The translations under genes and the position numbers were made by a program. A DNA stretch of 59,041 nucleotides, from NCBI GenBank assembly GCA_023231475.1, contig JALJEE010002731.1, forward strand, positions 1-59,041, given 5' to 3'. This document shows positions 12,519 to 26,932 of the stretch, one piece after another. This DNA is from Seison nebaliae. Lineage: Eukaryota. Within the stretch, counting starts at the first letter, position 1. Each line of letters starts with the position of its first letter. The notes beneath the pieces are model-generated. The model searched no databases and was not told where the DNA came from. It saw only the letters and a program-made list of their open reading frames with translations.

Positions 12519-15500
12519 TTATCTTTTCTTGATATCTGACGCGAATGTATCTTCTCTCTCAACAATATTCAGGTGATCTGTTGTTGTTATTCGACTCTTA
12601 CCACTACTCATCCCTTGTCGTTCACTCGCCAATTGTAGTTGCGTTCTCAATGGCATCATAATTCGACTCGTTTTATTCTTCAATGAGGAGATTTCCGTTC
12701 TCAAATTAAATATTTCCTCATCTTGCAACTTCAGCGTCTTCAAGATCTTCTCCGTACTCTTATTGTTCATTTCAGTAGTGATACCGAATTCTTCTCCCTA
12801 AACAACAGCCATCACTCGATCGAAGAGAATGAAGAAAATTTAACAATTTTCAATTGTCTCTTATTTAAATCAGTTTCGATATTAAATTGCGTTTCAGCCA
12901 TATCAATCAATTCCGTATTTCGATTTGTGTTGTCCTTCAATTGTTCGATGAAATCACCTCGTTCTCTATCGATCTCTTTCTGCAAAAAAAAAATATACTT
13001 ACAATTTTAATTATTTACACAAATCTCATACCTGAATTCTTGAAACTTGTCGATAATTGTTCGCTTGAGCCGTCGCTAATTTTTCACGAAGACGTTCTTG
13101 TTGTGCGTTGACGGCCAACGAATCGATCTTCTCCATATTGACGATATTCCCAAATTTATTGATCATCATTTGACGGATTTTCTTTGCGAAATCTTTCACT
13201 ATTTGAGTTCGTCGTTCAATCTCGAAATCCATTTCGTGTCGCTTCTTCTTCAAATGTCTTTGATTTCCCTATCATGAAAAACGAGAGAATTGAGAGAAAT
13301 TGATTAACTTTAATTTCTGTTGTTCGTCTGTTTTCATTTTTCTCAATTCAGTTATTCTTCCCGATAGTTGTCGCATTCGTGATAAATCGAAAACGAGAGC
13401 TTCCGAAAGATCGTTAGGAAATATGTCATCTCGTAAAAATTCGATTTGATGGATTTTCAATGTAATGATCACTTCGATCTCATTTAACATTTGCTGTTTT
13501 TTCCTTTCGAAAATTTCAATATCTGTTTGAATCGTTGACAAATTATTTTTAATCTGATTATAATTCTTTTGAATCATTTCGTTCTCCTTCTTATAAATGT
13601 CATGTCTCTTCTTCTCCTCATTCAATTGATTCTCTAAATAGAAAGAATTGTAAAGAATGACAAAACGAAAAGAAGTCACCTTGAGACCATCGTTTACTTC
13701 TTAATTCCACTATCTCGTCATAGATCTCCTCCGAACAACTATTGGGACATTGTTCGATATCATAATATTCTTTCGGACCTGATTCATCATCGTCATCTAA
13801 CGATTCTGTGAAATCACTATCGCTATCGAAATCCGAAAGATCTGATGATTCACTAGACGCTTGAAAAAATTGATGGAATTAACTTGGAAAAGTGAATAAA
13901 CAAACTACCAACTATTTTCATCATCATCTTTGCTCTTTTTTCGCGTCAATTTCTTCTTGTAAACTTTCAAGAGATAATTCTCGAACTTCTCACCTTTAGC
14001 AGCGATTTCGACACTTTGCGTTTTTAACGTTTTCAAATTATTTTCTATCCGTTCCAAATTTTTCGTGATCGCAATAAATTTCTGTTCAGTCACTTCCAAC
14101 TGATAAACGAGAGAGATAATGGTGAAAAAAATGATGAGAAATATGAACCTGTTTCGATACTTTCGTTTGTTCTTTCTTCGATTGTTGCATTGATTGACGG
14201 AGTTCTCTTTCTTTCTGTTGGAAGTTTCTAAGAATGACCAACTCTTTGTATAAAGTTGTTTGACGGAGATCACAATTCTTCAAATATTTCAGCGTCGTAT
14301 TATATCGATGGCGCAACATAGATAATTTGATATCGAACACTCTCTGCACGAGATTGACATACTCCAACAATTTTTTCCTCTCTCCTTCTAATCTGAAATG
14401 GAACGTCAAATTTGTCATTTGAGATGAGAAAAAAGGAAAATTAACACAATCTTCTCCCGCTTAAGTGCACTGAGTCGAACATGAGACATTTGATCCGTCT
14501 CCATTGCTTGAATGCGAGACATCTCTGTCGAAATACTGGGAAAGCTTTTGGCCAATTTCTCTAAATTCTTCGTCTTCGGCAAATCGATCGATAACAACTC
14601 GATATTGTTCGTCAACAATTCATATTTGGGTAAGGAGATACCGAGTTTGTTGATAAGTTCGATGAATTTCCGTACGTAGATGAGGAATTCTTTTTCCACG
14701 TTCACCGCATTGACGTTTATCCGGAGACCTAAAAAGCTCTGAAAAGTAGTCTTTGGAACTTCCATTTTGGCTTCCGATTCGATTAGAGCCATGTTCAGTT
14801 TTTTCACATCGAATTCATTCGGATGCGCTTCCTCTTTTGGCGGTTCTTCATTTCCTGAATCGTCGTCAGTCGACAGGTTCTCCATCTGTTCTAGAACCAC
14901 TATCTCTTTGGTGGGACGATTTTTCAAATAATCCTGTATCGTATCCGTCGTACACAAAATACTCCAACGGTCGGCCAATTCGTCGAAATTGAATGTGGGT
15001 ATCATATCGAAATCCAAAACGAAATCTTTATCCAATCGTTGATTGATGAAATAGATCATGGCATAGTAGAAGGTGATCTGAGTGACTAATTCCAATTTTT
15101 CGTCTCGTAAATTGAAAAACATTTCATTGAAATCTTTCTTCGTCTTATAAATCTAATAATGAATAATAATTATAATATAATGGTTGTATAAGAGAAGAGA
15201 GAAAGAAAGAGAGATTCCTAACAATTTTCTTCAATTCGATTAATTTTCTGATGGCTTTCGTTTCCGTCATTCTGGTAGCATCGTCAACTTTAAAGTTTTC
15301 CGATGTTTTCAACGCGTAATCGCCGACATTATGAGAGAACCATTCGATTTCTCGATGCAACTCCTCATTGACCCAATCGTCATCAATTTTCCTCTTCAAC
15401 AAATCGTCCCACTACCACGAGAATGAGAATAAGAATAAGAAGAAGGAAAAAAAGAAGAAACTTCTTTTTTCCGTTCGATCCGTTGTCGTCGTCTTTCGTT

Positions 15501-18500
15501 AATTCGTTTCAATTCTCTTTCCACTCGTTCCTGATGAGCAGTTCGGATGACTTTGAATAATTTCTGTTCAGCAACTACTTGACGATTATTCTCTTCCTCC
15601 TCCTCTTGTTGTTGTTCTTCTTCTTCCTCCGTTAATTTTTGTGTTTGTACTTTATTCACTTGCGAAACGGTATGATCTTCCTCGATCAATTCTTCTGTCA
15701 ACGAATGTAGATCGTCTTCCATTTGTTGAGGAAGACGTATTAATGTGAAGGATGAGACGTAAATGGCAGATGAACGAAATGAAAAGAGTCGGATAGATTC
15801 ATTTTCGATTTCTGTTTTATAAAATGTCTCCACTTGGAATCGTGCTTTCTCCGCTACTTCTCGGTTATAGGCCAATTTCAATTCAGTGTCAATCTTCTTC
15901 TGAGATAAACTGTTGAGGAGATTCAAACGAATCTCTTCAGCTACAAAGAATTCTTTTCCATTCAATTGAACACTATCCGGAAGATTCTTATTATCTTTCA
16001 ATAAATGTTCATAATTCGAACGAAGAACATTTATCTTTTCTCTCATATCCTTCTGAGCATCTTCGGCTGCTGCTTTTCTCTTTTCTTCCTCCTGTCTCAA
16101 CATCGTCTCTTCTAACGAGAACGTAGTCGGATCTGTAATATCTGCAACTAATGACTGTTTTGATTCAGGATATTCAATCTTATCCCACACCAAAGGTTCC
16201 TCCGACGCCGACAGATGACAATTGTAAATGACAGAATCCACACCAGCCGTCAAAATTGTCGTTCCCAATTGATTTAATGAGATGAAACCGATGCGACCTG
16301 AACCGTAATCGTGGAGACAAATTTGCCAACTAAAACTCTTGATATCACCTGATTTTCGTGCAACTTCATATTCATCGAACACTTCAAAATCAAGTTTTCT
16401 CTAACAACCGTCAAATAAGAATGAAAAAGATTTTGAAAAAATAATTTCTAACATTTCCTAATTGCCTCCAAGCACAAATGGGAAGATTAAAATTTTTGGA
16501 TGCCTGCACCCCACTCGGAAATATGTCACATAATGATTTTTTTATGGAATATATACGGATTTTTCCATCATCAGTTCCGAATATTATACTTTCGGCATTT
16601 GGTCCCAATTGACATGTTGTCAACGTGGAATCATTCAAATTATCTAAACAAATCCATTCTACTGGTTCGATAGAATCGGTGGTACTTTTCTCGATAATTA
16701 CTCGTTTCTCAAATTCTTCTTTTGCCAATAAATCGCAGACATATAAATAACCTTTGTCATAACCATCTAACGATACGAGAACTTGCTTCTCTTCATTGTA
16801 CAACGGTTCCACGAATTGGATTCGACTGCGAACTGCTGGAATTTCCGGTTTCCATTCTTCAACATCTGATTTATTTTCATCGCCATCTTGATCGGCATCC
16901 GTTTCTTCTACTTTTGTTGGTTGTGGCGTTGGTTGTGGCGTTTGTTGTGGTTCATCATCATGTTTTTCATCATCCATATCTGCCTCTTCTTCCGCTGCTC
17001 GTTTTTTCTTTGCAGCTTTCGCTTCTTCGATTCGAGTTTCTCGTTCAATTTCTTCATCATGACGAATTCGAGATTTGATGGAAGTCAGTCTGGTCATTAT
17101 TTTCGGAAATTCAGCAATCTCATATGATTGATCTACTAAAATTGGTTTAATCAGTTCGCTATCACGATACATATAAATCGTTTCGTCTTCGCACCAAACG
17201 AACAATAGAGCAGCTCCAGACGGCGTTTTGAACGACCAACGAAGACCTCGAGGAACTGAATTTAAATTCGTATATCCAATCGGTTCTAAATCCTTATGAA
17301 TGAATCGATAGCGTAAGAAGAAGATAGTGGAATCGTAAGAGATTGTGGCTACTATACTAGAGAAACTAATTCGTAGATCTATTACCGGTTTATTGTGTGG
17401 TTTCTTCGCGTCCAATAAAATATAACTATATCCCAATTCTTCGATATAAGTGTCTGGATCATCTTGAATTAAATATTTATTCTTCTTCGTTTCCATCAAC
17501 ATTTTATCTTCATCTTTCTCAATCAACGAAATTGCCCGAACAACTCCAGATTCGAAACCAATAAATAAAGTTAACGGATCATAATTACCTGTTTGACGGT
17601 ACCAATCTGAACATGTCGGTTTCGTACAAAATTCGGCTCTCATCTTAATCGTACCTTTCTCATAGTCCAACAGTTGTAACGTCGCATCATTTGAGATGAC
17701 GGTCGTTAATGGTACACTTAATGACGCCGCCATATATTGAATGGGACCGTTGAAACATCGATAAACCACAACCGGTTTTTTCGTATCTCGACCATATCCC
17801 AAACTTACTTTCCAAATACAACCTAAAGTATCTTGAACAAACCATATTGTATCGGTATCCATATCACTACTAGTTGGTTTCTTCACAGCTGATTTCAATC
17901 GGGCGCCTTTGCTCACACAACATTCGGAAACCGGTTGCAATTCTAATTTATTACCAAATTCTCGTGCTTCAGCGATGTCAATCGTTTCAAAATCCCAGGC
18001 TCGAATATAACCGTCTTGTCCAACGGTATACAGATCTCCTTCTTCCGCCATGATTTGGGAAATGGTGGCAGCATGACATGGTTTTCCATTTGGACCGCAT
18101 GCTTCCAATTTGATGATTCCCGTATCCCATACTAACAAGTTGCCCCATTCGCAACCTGAAACCACTTTCCCATCAGGCAGTTGGAAGAATGCTTCGATGT
18201 CAGACAGTTCTGTTTGACCGAAACGTCCCAATTCACCTTTCAACTTTAAGCCGGTAAATGTAGTTTCCATTTTCCAAAATTTAATGTGACCCTGACCACT
18301 GGAACATAAATAGCCTTCCAAATCTTCAGAAAATGTTATTTTAAACACTTCCTGAGAGAATGCTTTCGTTCTCATCAAAATACTTTCGGTATTCCAACTC
18401 CAAATAGTTAACATGTAATCGGGTTGCATTCCAAGAGTCGCAATCAACTTTCCGTCCTTATTAAATGCCAAATCAGCATAACCATATTTCGTACCTTCTC

Positions 18501-18924
18501 TTAGTATATTCACCAATTTGTAATCGGATGTTTGGAAAATTAAAACTTTCGGAGATTCTCCTTTTTCTCCCAGAGCGAAATACGTTCCACTCGTTTGAAC
18601 AGTTATCGAATTGACGGTGTTATCTCCCAATGCTTGGAGCCATTCGATCTTTCTAGTTTTCACATCAAAAATCAACACATATCTACCTGCAATCATCATC
18701 AATTTCTCTTGTTCCAATAAAATCAAATTGTATCGTCTCGTCAAATCAGCACCGATTACTCGTCTCATCAACGTCAGATTATTACGGTTCTCCCTCTTAA
18801 TCATCTTCTTATAGTCATATTCGACTGATTCGCCCTCCACGGACTCTTCTATCGTTATCGTCTTCACCATATCATTCGTATCAGTCACATTATCCGTTCC
18901 GTCCGTCGACACACTTTCAGCCAT
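12519..18924 (-). CDS. CFAP44: Cilia- and flagella-associated protein 44 (WDR52), ~1960 aa, 11 exons
   Basis: WD40 N-terminus with LGMQPDYMLTIWSW, KAFSQEVFKITFS, SGQGHIKFWKMETTFTGLKLKGELGRFGQTELSDIE, LPDGKVVSGCEWGNLLVW; coiled-coil C-terminus with MMINKFG. Inferred introns: 16401-16452, 15412-15461, 15153-15222, 14393-14445, 14100-14148, 13860-13912 (alternative 13853-13908), 13634-13679, 13258-13308, 12980-13031, 12798-12844. Spliced length 5883 nt, in frame. Confidence 0.93.
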
Positions 18925-18957
18925 CTCGATTTTACGTTTAATATCAAAATATGATTC

Positions 18958-18971
18958 GTCGTTATGGTATT
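18958..18971. promoter_or_regulatory. Degenerate RFX X-box candidate upstream of CFAP44
   Basis: gtcgttatggtatt, 34-47 nt upstream of the ATG of a ciliary gene; one half-site is good, the other poor. Confidence 0.3.
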
Positions 18972-20349
18972 AGTAAAATTGATTTTTTCTTTCTATATTT
19001 ATATATCCTTCAATCATTTCCTGCATTTCAAATTTTTAGTTTCAAATTATTTAAAAAATTTTATTATCATTTCGTCAATTCTAATCATCGGAATTCCATC
19101 AATCTTATGAAAAGTGAAAAATAGAACGATAAAATTTTAATTTAATTTTACTTAATTTTTTTTGAAATTTTTTTCCAAATTTTTCATTTGGAAAGTGAAA
19201 TATGTTTTGTAGTAAACATAGTTTTGTAGAGTGGTGAAGATGATTATGTATTTTATTTAATAATTAACGAACAATTTCCAAAACGAAGTTAAACAAGTGA
19301 AACTTCTTCACTGAAACTCGCAATAACGTATCGTTCTTATATGATTTATAACACATTGAACTCATAAGTATATATGAGATGGTGAAAGGAAGTGGAGAAT
19401 GTGAGTATTAAATTTATCATAAACACTGTATTAAACACCTATATTAATTTTCTTCTGGACCAATTGATAAATTTTTTTTGAGAATATATTTTTTGATGAG
19501 GGAGAATTTAAGGGCATTTGATTGACGTTTGTTTTAGTCAACAGTTAGTTAATTTTGTGAATAAATTGAAACATAGAAATTGGGGGAATGTTTCATAAAA
19601 TTTCATTTATAGTTCTATGTTTGTACATAGTTCGAATATTAGGTAATTCAATGATTGTTTGTTTAAAATTGGAAAGATTATGTTCAGTGTGGTGAGCGAG
19701 AGGAAATTGCAGAGGGTGAAAAGGAAATGTAGAAAAAACTGAAGAAATTAATAAGACATTCATAGAATTGTACGACACGTATGCACACATCTGAACACGT
19801 AGACAAGAGAGACGATGCGTTTGGAGGATGCTGTTGCCATACATAAAACGAGAATTGTGAATGTGCCATCTAAATTGATGAGATGTAGGAATATTGATTG
19901 GATGGGACGTATAAGAATGACGTAGTCCTAGCCATTCACCTTATATCAACATACATATAATCAATTTAACGTTCATCATTAATTGGTGATTTGTCACTAG
20001 AGACATGACAAATAAAGAATTCTACTTTCATTCCAGCTCATTCCATCCCCAAAGTTGGTTGAGTGAGAGAAGATAAAAATTAAGCTCAGATTGTTGACGT
20101 CAGTCGTCATAAGAATATTAGTCGTTATTTAAGTCGAGTCTTGTGCATGACAATCATTTCTCCATTAAAATTTTCTTCTAACAGATCATAAATTTAATTC
20201 AATCATTCTAATTCGACAGATACACAAAATTACACATTCCGTCTTTCACTCATCGCCCTCTCCCTTCTCACTCGTTGTTGTTGTTGTTCGTTGTGCGTTT
20301 AAAAAGAAGCCGATTTTCCAAACTCTCTCCCCACCACTTTCATTCGCAA

Positions 20350-23300
20350 ATGGAGAGATTCATCTTCTTGTTGACTATCCTTCTCTTGTTGATCGTACGT
20401 GAAAGTCATGGACAATATGGAGTGGAATATGATCAGAACGTTAAGAGAAATGTTCTCGGAAAATCAAACTTGGATGAAGTTGTTGCTAAACGTGATAATC
20501 TTGGTCGTACTATTTCTGACATATCTCTTCCGTCTCTGAAGAGATTCATGGGAGTTTCCTTGGAGAACGATCCGGGTTGTGCCGAAGATATCAACAGATA
20601 TTGTAAACATGTAAGACGAACGGAAAATGTGACGATAACTAACATGAAATACATTCATTGTCTCTCTCAATCTACTTTCCAATTTCAATTATTAGGGAAA
20701 TGTGAACGTAGTCTATTGAGCTATAAAATGATTCTCACGGATAATATGCACAAATTCATTAATGTTTTCGAAAATAAGGATTGTATGATGGCAGCGGAAA
20801 ACATTCCTCATTGTCGTCATCTCAACAATTCACAAGACGAAATGGTTCTTTGTCTGTTGGAGGAATATGGAAATGTTAATAATAAAAAATGTGAACAAAT
20901 GCTCCAAGCTATTGCTACACTCTTCATCCAAGATTATCGTTATTCAAAACATTTCCTACAGGTTTGCGCGACGGATATGAATCAATTAAATTGTGTGTCC
21001 AATCGACCCGCCGCTGACCAAAATGCTCTCCATCAACAAATGGACGTGCTCAATTGTCTGACGGAGAAGTTTATGGAGAAAAATGGAAAATATGAATTCC
21101 AATCGAAATGTATTGACGCCGTTCGTCATTTAAGAGAATTGGAATCACAAGATTTCCATTTAGATAAACGTCTCTATTTCGCCTGTCAGAGAGAACGAGA
21201 TGTAATTTGTGGAAAAGTGAAATCTGGTGACGGTCGAGTTTTCCGCTGTTTATCCGAACGTCGAAATGATGATCATATGTCACAAGAATGTGATGAAGCG
21301 ATTCAATTTATTCAAAGAGAATCATATCTTCTTCCAATGACACGTCATTCTCTAGTGAACAATTGTCATGTAGAATTGAAAGAATCGAAATGTATGGAAA
21401 TCATTCGAGACAAAATGAGTCAATTCAATAATTTTCAAGCATCTGGTAATCCCGATATACATTATGGTGGAACGATCGCTGATCTTCTCATTTGTCTTCA
21501 AAAACATTTCGCTGAGAATCCTGAACGATCCATTACTAAGAAGTGTTCGAATCGACTCGTCTCTTATCAGACGATGCTTATGAATGATTATCAGATGTCT
21601 CCTCTCATCGTCTCTTATTGCAACTCGGCAATTGTTAGTCATTGTCGAACAAGTGAATTAGACGATAATACCGGAAAACATGGCCAAGTATTGAATTGTT
21701 TATTGAATATGGCTCGATCTGATTTGTCGATGGATGTGAGTAAACGTCTCTTGCCTGTCAACTGTATTGGTGAATTACAGAAGATTGTTGAAGCGGCACA
21801 ACCAAATAAATTAGCTGATATGGCTGTCGATCCACATACACTTTATTCATGCGATTTAGAAATGAAGAAATTCTGCCCTCATTATATGAAACGAATTAAT
21901 TCATATGACCGATCAAATACTCAACAAATGCTCAGTTGTCTCCAAGAAAACATTTACAAAGACGATTTTTCCAAACGATGTTTCGATCAGATTTCTCTCC
22001 TCAATTTTTTCATTCTGAGAGATTGGGTTCCCGATATCGAACTACAAAAGAATTGCGCCGAAGATGCCACTCGATTATGTGGAGTTCGTGAATGGTCTTT
22101 CTCTTCAAATCAGAATGATGATAAAATTGAAAAAAATCAATTGAATTCATATATCTTGTCATGTCTTTTCCGTCACAGTTATTTAGATAAGCGAACAGAA
22201 GAAGGACAATTTCATGCTGAATTCTTAAAGTTTCTAAACATTTCTTTCTTTTCAATTTATTATCAATTTATCATCAAATTATTATCATCAAATTTATTTA
22301 CTAATTTATTTATTATTATTAATTTCATCTCTTACCATTTTTTTTTTAGGAAAACATTACCAGACAATAAAGCCATCTCATTCCAATGTCGGAAAAGTGT
22401 TCAAGGAATCATGCATCGACGTGCATCGACTGTCGGAATACAACCGATATTACAACATCGATGTTTATCCGATCTCGCTCAATATTGTTCCACCAAACCG
22501 GAAATGAATGGTCATTTAACATTTATTTATTTATTATTTAATATATATTATGAACATTATGAAAAAAAAATTTTTAGATTTCGGAGGTGATATCGAATGT
22601 TTACAGGATAACATCCAACAATTGGAACCAGCGTGTTTAGATGTCGTGAGTAATTATACGGTGATCGAAGCGACAGATGTCTCATTAAATCGTGCCATTC
22701 AATCCTATTGTCGTCCATCCATCGAACGATTCTGTTCCAATGACATCTCGCTCAAGAAGCCTCTCAACCAAGAACAATCAGCTCAAATCTGGAATTGTAT
22801 TGTGGAGCATACATCAGAACCATCGATGAGTGAGAAATGTCGTCATGGAGTCGAACATTTCCAAATAGTTTTTTCTTTTATTTTCCTTCCTTACATCATT
22901 CCAAACAATTTTCAGTTACAAATGAAAAATTTCAAATTTAATCCCGAACTCGCTGAACATTGTAAGACAGCCAGACTCACTTATTGTCCCGAATCAAAAA
23001 CAGTCGGTGAATCGATTTATTGTTTAGCGCGAGTAGTATTAGCTCAAAAGATGAATTTCCGTATAAAAGGACAATTACCGAATGTGGGAATGGAATGTCG
23101 AGAGAGATTATCTTCCAAATATCTCATGATGGTTCATCTTCAAATCTTTTTCTTTTTCTCCATTTTCCTTTCCAGGTGAAAAATCCAAAATTGAGAAATT
23201 ATTCGTTAAAAGAAGCTTGTAAAGATGATCTCATCAATTATTGTTCGAATGTTAAACCGGGTGGTGGTCGAGTATTGAAATGTCTCCAAAAAAATTTGAA

Positions 23301-24336
23301 ACGAATTACACCCAATTGTGCTAGTGAATTGAGGAAGTTCAATGTAGCCGGAGTAGAATTGGGAGCGACTTATCGTAAATTATTCGACACATGTTCATTA
23401 TTTCTCAAAGAACATTGTCATAATCGAGATGGTGACGAAGGAATTTTCGAATGTCTCCGACAAAATCTTCCCAATTATATGCGAATGGATGACTCTTGTC
23501 GTAGCGAGATCGTCTCTCTTCTCATCACTCTTCATCATTCCCCATTAGTCGATTCGGCATTAATGGAGAATTGTAAAACGGATTTGGAAACGAAATGTTA
23601 CAAAGTATTTGCTTCCAATGAATTCAATGATATAAAATCGGATGATCTCAGAAATCAGGTATATGATTGTCTTGTAGAAGAATATCGGAATGTGAAGAAA
23701 CGAAAAAATTTAGAAGAAAATTGTCAAACAGAAATTTCACTTTATATTTCGGAAGAAGTGATAGATGTTCGATTAAACGAGCAATTACAGAAACATTGTG
23801 AGAATGATTTGAAGACATTATGTCCACGAACACCATTTTCGAAAAAAGAGGAATGTCTCTTCACCAATTATGAACGAGTCATCGACAATGATTGTAAACG
23901 AGTCATCGAATCATTATTGAAAGACATGTCAAATGATGTTCATATGGATCTGGAATTGCAGAGTTCTTGTTCCGTCGATCTACTCAAATATTGTTCCACC
24001 GTTCAAATTGGAGATGGTCGTCGATTGAGATGTTTAGTACGTATTTTTTATGAAGATATGTTACATGGAAATGGAACATTCCGAATTTTATCAGATGAAT
24101 GTCATCATATGGTTTCTAGACGTGTCAATTTATTCAATCAAATGAAATATGATGTAGGCGTCAGTAGTCGCCAAGTGAATTCATTAACTGATCTCAAGAA
24201 TGTGGTAGTGAATACGAAGAATCGATCATATCTCTGGACGATATTAATCTCGATATTTTTGATAATTTTCTTCATGGCGATGATGGTTGGCCGATGGACG
24301 AAACGACAAGTGGAACGTGAGCGAAAAATCATTTAA
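20350..24336 (+). CDS. GLG1: Golgi apparatus protein 1 (ESL-1/MG-160, cysteine-rich FGF receptor), ~1235 aa, 5 exons
   Basis: Signal peptide, many Cys-rich GLG1 repeats (DFHLDKRLYFACQRERDVICGKVKSGDGRVFRCL; CKDDLINYCSNVKPGGGRVLKCL), C-terminal TM and basic tail GRWTKRQVERERKII. Introns 22230-22349, 22511-22577, 22868-22915, 23132-23175. Confidence 0.93.
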
Positions 24337-25097
24337 TTGTGAAAAGAATCTTTTTGATTTTTTAATGATCTGATTTTATTTATAATTTATTTCCTCTTAT
24401 TATCTCACTCTCTCCATATAAATACTTCTGAGGCACAAATATTATTTTTCTTATAATTTCTATTCGATTTTAAGTTCCATTACATCAAAATTTGTTAATT
24501 TTAAAATTAATTTCTTCTTTTCCTGCTTTTCCAAGTCGTTTTCTCTTAAGTTTATTTCTATTTATTTATCCCCGACTCACTACGTTCCATCGATCGTCAC
24601 ATATTTTCCATATCCTGGCTCGATATCTAACATCAAAACAATTCCATTTGAGTTTTAAAGAAAAATAAATTTTATTTCTATTTTTTCCTCATTTCATCAA
24701 ATATTCGATCAAATTGAAATTATTCTATCGATTGTTCTACCAAAAGACAAATGATTCCATCAAATTATTGTGGAATTGAAGATTTCTGACAATTTTAGAA
24801 AATTAAGAAATAATTGAAATAAAAATAATTGCTTAATGGAAATATATTGATAATAAGAAGTAATAAGATGAACAGCTTTAATTTTTTAGTGGGATGAAAA
24901 TAATTTTATTAACAAAATTCTTAACAATAAATGATGGTTATTAGAAGAGATTTTCAACTGAATATTTACTTCCCTTCCAATGAAGATTTGATGAGTAGAA
25001 GATGAAAAAGAGAAGATGAAAAATAAAATTTGCTTTGAAGTATTGGACGGATGGAAATGAATATAATGGATAAGATGACGGAAAAGATAAAATTAAA

Positions 25098-26243
25098 TTA
25101 AACGATTTGTCTCTGAGTGGAAGTGGATGTTGTTGTTGTTGTTGGATCTTTTTTGAAGAGTGCTCGATTAATATAAATGATTGCACCGAGAATGCTGATA
25201 TGAATTCCAATGAAATTCAAAGTCGAATATTTGTAATCGAGAGAGACGACCATTCCAAGATAAGTGACAATGATATTTTTGAGACATCCGATGATACAAG
25301 TGGTAAGTGCCGATGTCGAATGAACGATGAATACATAAGAGAAGTTGAGCATCGTACTAAAGATACAAGATAAGAAGAAAGTGAAGAAGAAAGAAGTATC
25401 AGCTGTTTTGAAGAATTTCTGAATTTCACACATATCATCCAAGCATATCAATAATATGCAAGCTAATGGAAGACTGAATATCGTGTTCAGGTAAACGATG
25501 TCACACTTCGACATCTTTTGCAGAGAGACTTTCTTTTTAATGAAAACTCCATTTCCAGCAGTGGCGATATTATTGAAGAATATGAGAATGTATCCGATCA
25601 TGTCGAAACTTAAATCGTCAGTGGCAGCAACTGCCGCTCCCATTACCATTACAATTAATGCGACGATACTGAATTGATCAGGAAGGATTCTAGAATAATG
25701 AAATTTTTTTAATTTTCAAAAAGTTTAATCGATCAAATCAATAACCCAACTATTAAGTATTCAGCCATCATGGTAAAGAGGAGACCTAATCGTCGTAAAA
25801 CGGTGAACATTGGTACACTAGCAGAGAGAAGAGAATTGTAGTCCAATTGACGGTCAATTAAGAGAAAGAGGAAACTTTACAGATTTGATGGCACCAATGC
25901 CCGAAATGACGTTCAACAAAAAGAATAAGGGCAATGGGAAAATTTGTTGGAGTGACTGGTGAGTGATGGAGAGTGATGTTGCCAAATGGAAGAATGGTTG
26001 CAGTAAGACGATGGTCAATATTGTGGTGAGCATTTGGGCGCAAGAAATGACGAGAAACGAAGGAAAACTACGAGAAGAATATGGAGAAAGATTGAGTTGA
26101 GAATGTTGAGACTAATATAATTTGAAAGTAAACTGATAAGTGGTCAACAGTTTTTTATTGAATAGAATTAGAGAACCGGAAGTTGTAGCGTAGAGTAAAG
26201 CTCCGAATAATGCCGGATAATTCCATTTTCGCGATCCGCACAT
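25098..26243 (-). CDS. SLC35D: SLC35D-family UDP-sugar transporter (fringe connection/SQV-7-like), ~321 aa, 4 exons
   Basis: Spliced translation gives LILFNKKLLTTYHFPSF, IFPLPL, VPMFTVLRR, GAAVAATDDLSFDMIGY, SALTTCIIGCLKNI. Introns 26068-26133, 25818-25875, 25690-25745. The start could extend upstream. Confidence 0.9.
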
Positions 26244-26863
26244 ATTCCCAACTACTAAATCATTCGACGACAACGACTGCTTTTTTAGCCGTTTTCCCTG
26301 TCGTTCTCCTAGTCGATGTCTTAAGAAGTTGGAGGAAACAAAAGAGAAGGAAAAGAATGTAATTGAGAAATGTAAATTTGAACAATTAAAAATCGTTCAA
26401 GAACCGAAAAAAAAAGGAAGGTGTGGAGAGAAGTAAACGGGAGAAATTCGGAGGTGGAGAGAAGGTAAAAATTTCATTTATCGATGAACATTTATCCCCT
26501 TTAAACATTTACGTCTAGTACGTGCAGCGATCTTACATATATATATATATATAATCTGGAGATGGTCCGTGTTTAATGATTCCATAAAACAAGGTCATTC
26601 ATCCATTTATCCATTTATTCAATTGCATCAATGTAATTTTTGTGCTTTACCCAAAAAATAAAATAAACAAGCAATATAATGGAAAGGAGAAGTTTGTAAT
26701 AAATCCATTCTATTAATTTCTCTTATTTGCTTAGACGTCTCATCAGATAACAAGGAGAAATGTTAACATTCTCTTTAATTATACTAAAGAATTTCTTTGA
26801 ATCCCGATCATTATCAAACCATCACACGGTAAATGATTGTTTATCTAACATTGTGCATGAGCC

Positions 26864-26932
26864 TGTGTGCATCTATGTGCGTGTGTGTGCGTGTGTGTGC
26901 GTGTATGTGCGTGTATGTGCGTGTATGTGTGT
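26864..26932. repeat. Compound (GT)/(GC) microsatellite with a 10-nt unit gtgt(a/g)tgtgc
   Basis: gtgtgtgtgc gtgtgtgtgc gtgtatgtgc gtgtatgtgc gtgtatgtgt; a similar tract lies at ~52005-52060. Confidence 0.85.

Noticed and set aside
12519..16452. Fragmented CFAP44 ORFs as frameshifts, a pseudogene or an alternative genetic code
   Set aside because: Every break is explained by a 46-70 nt GT-AG intron, and multi-kb ORFs read cleanly in the standard code.
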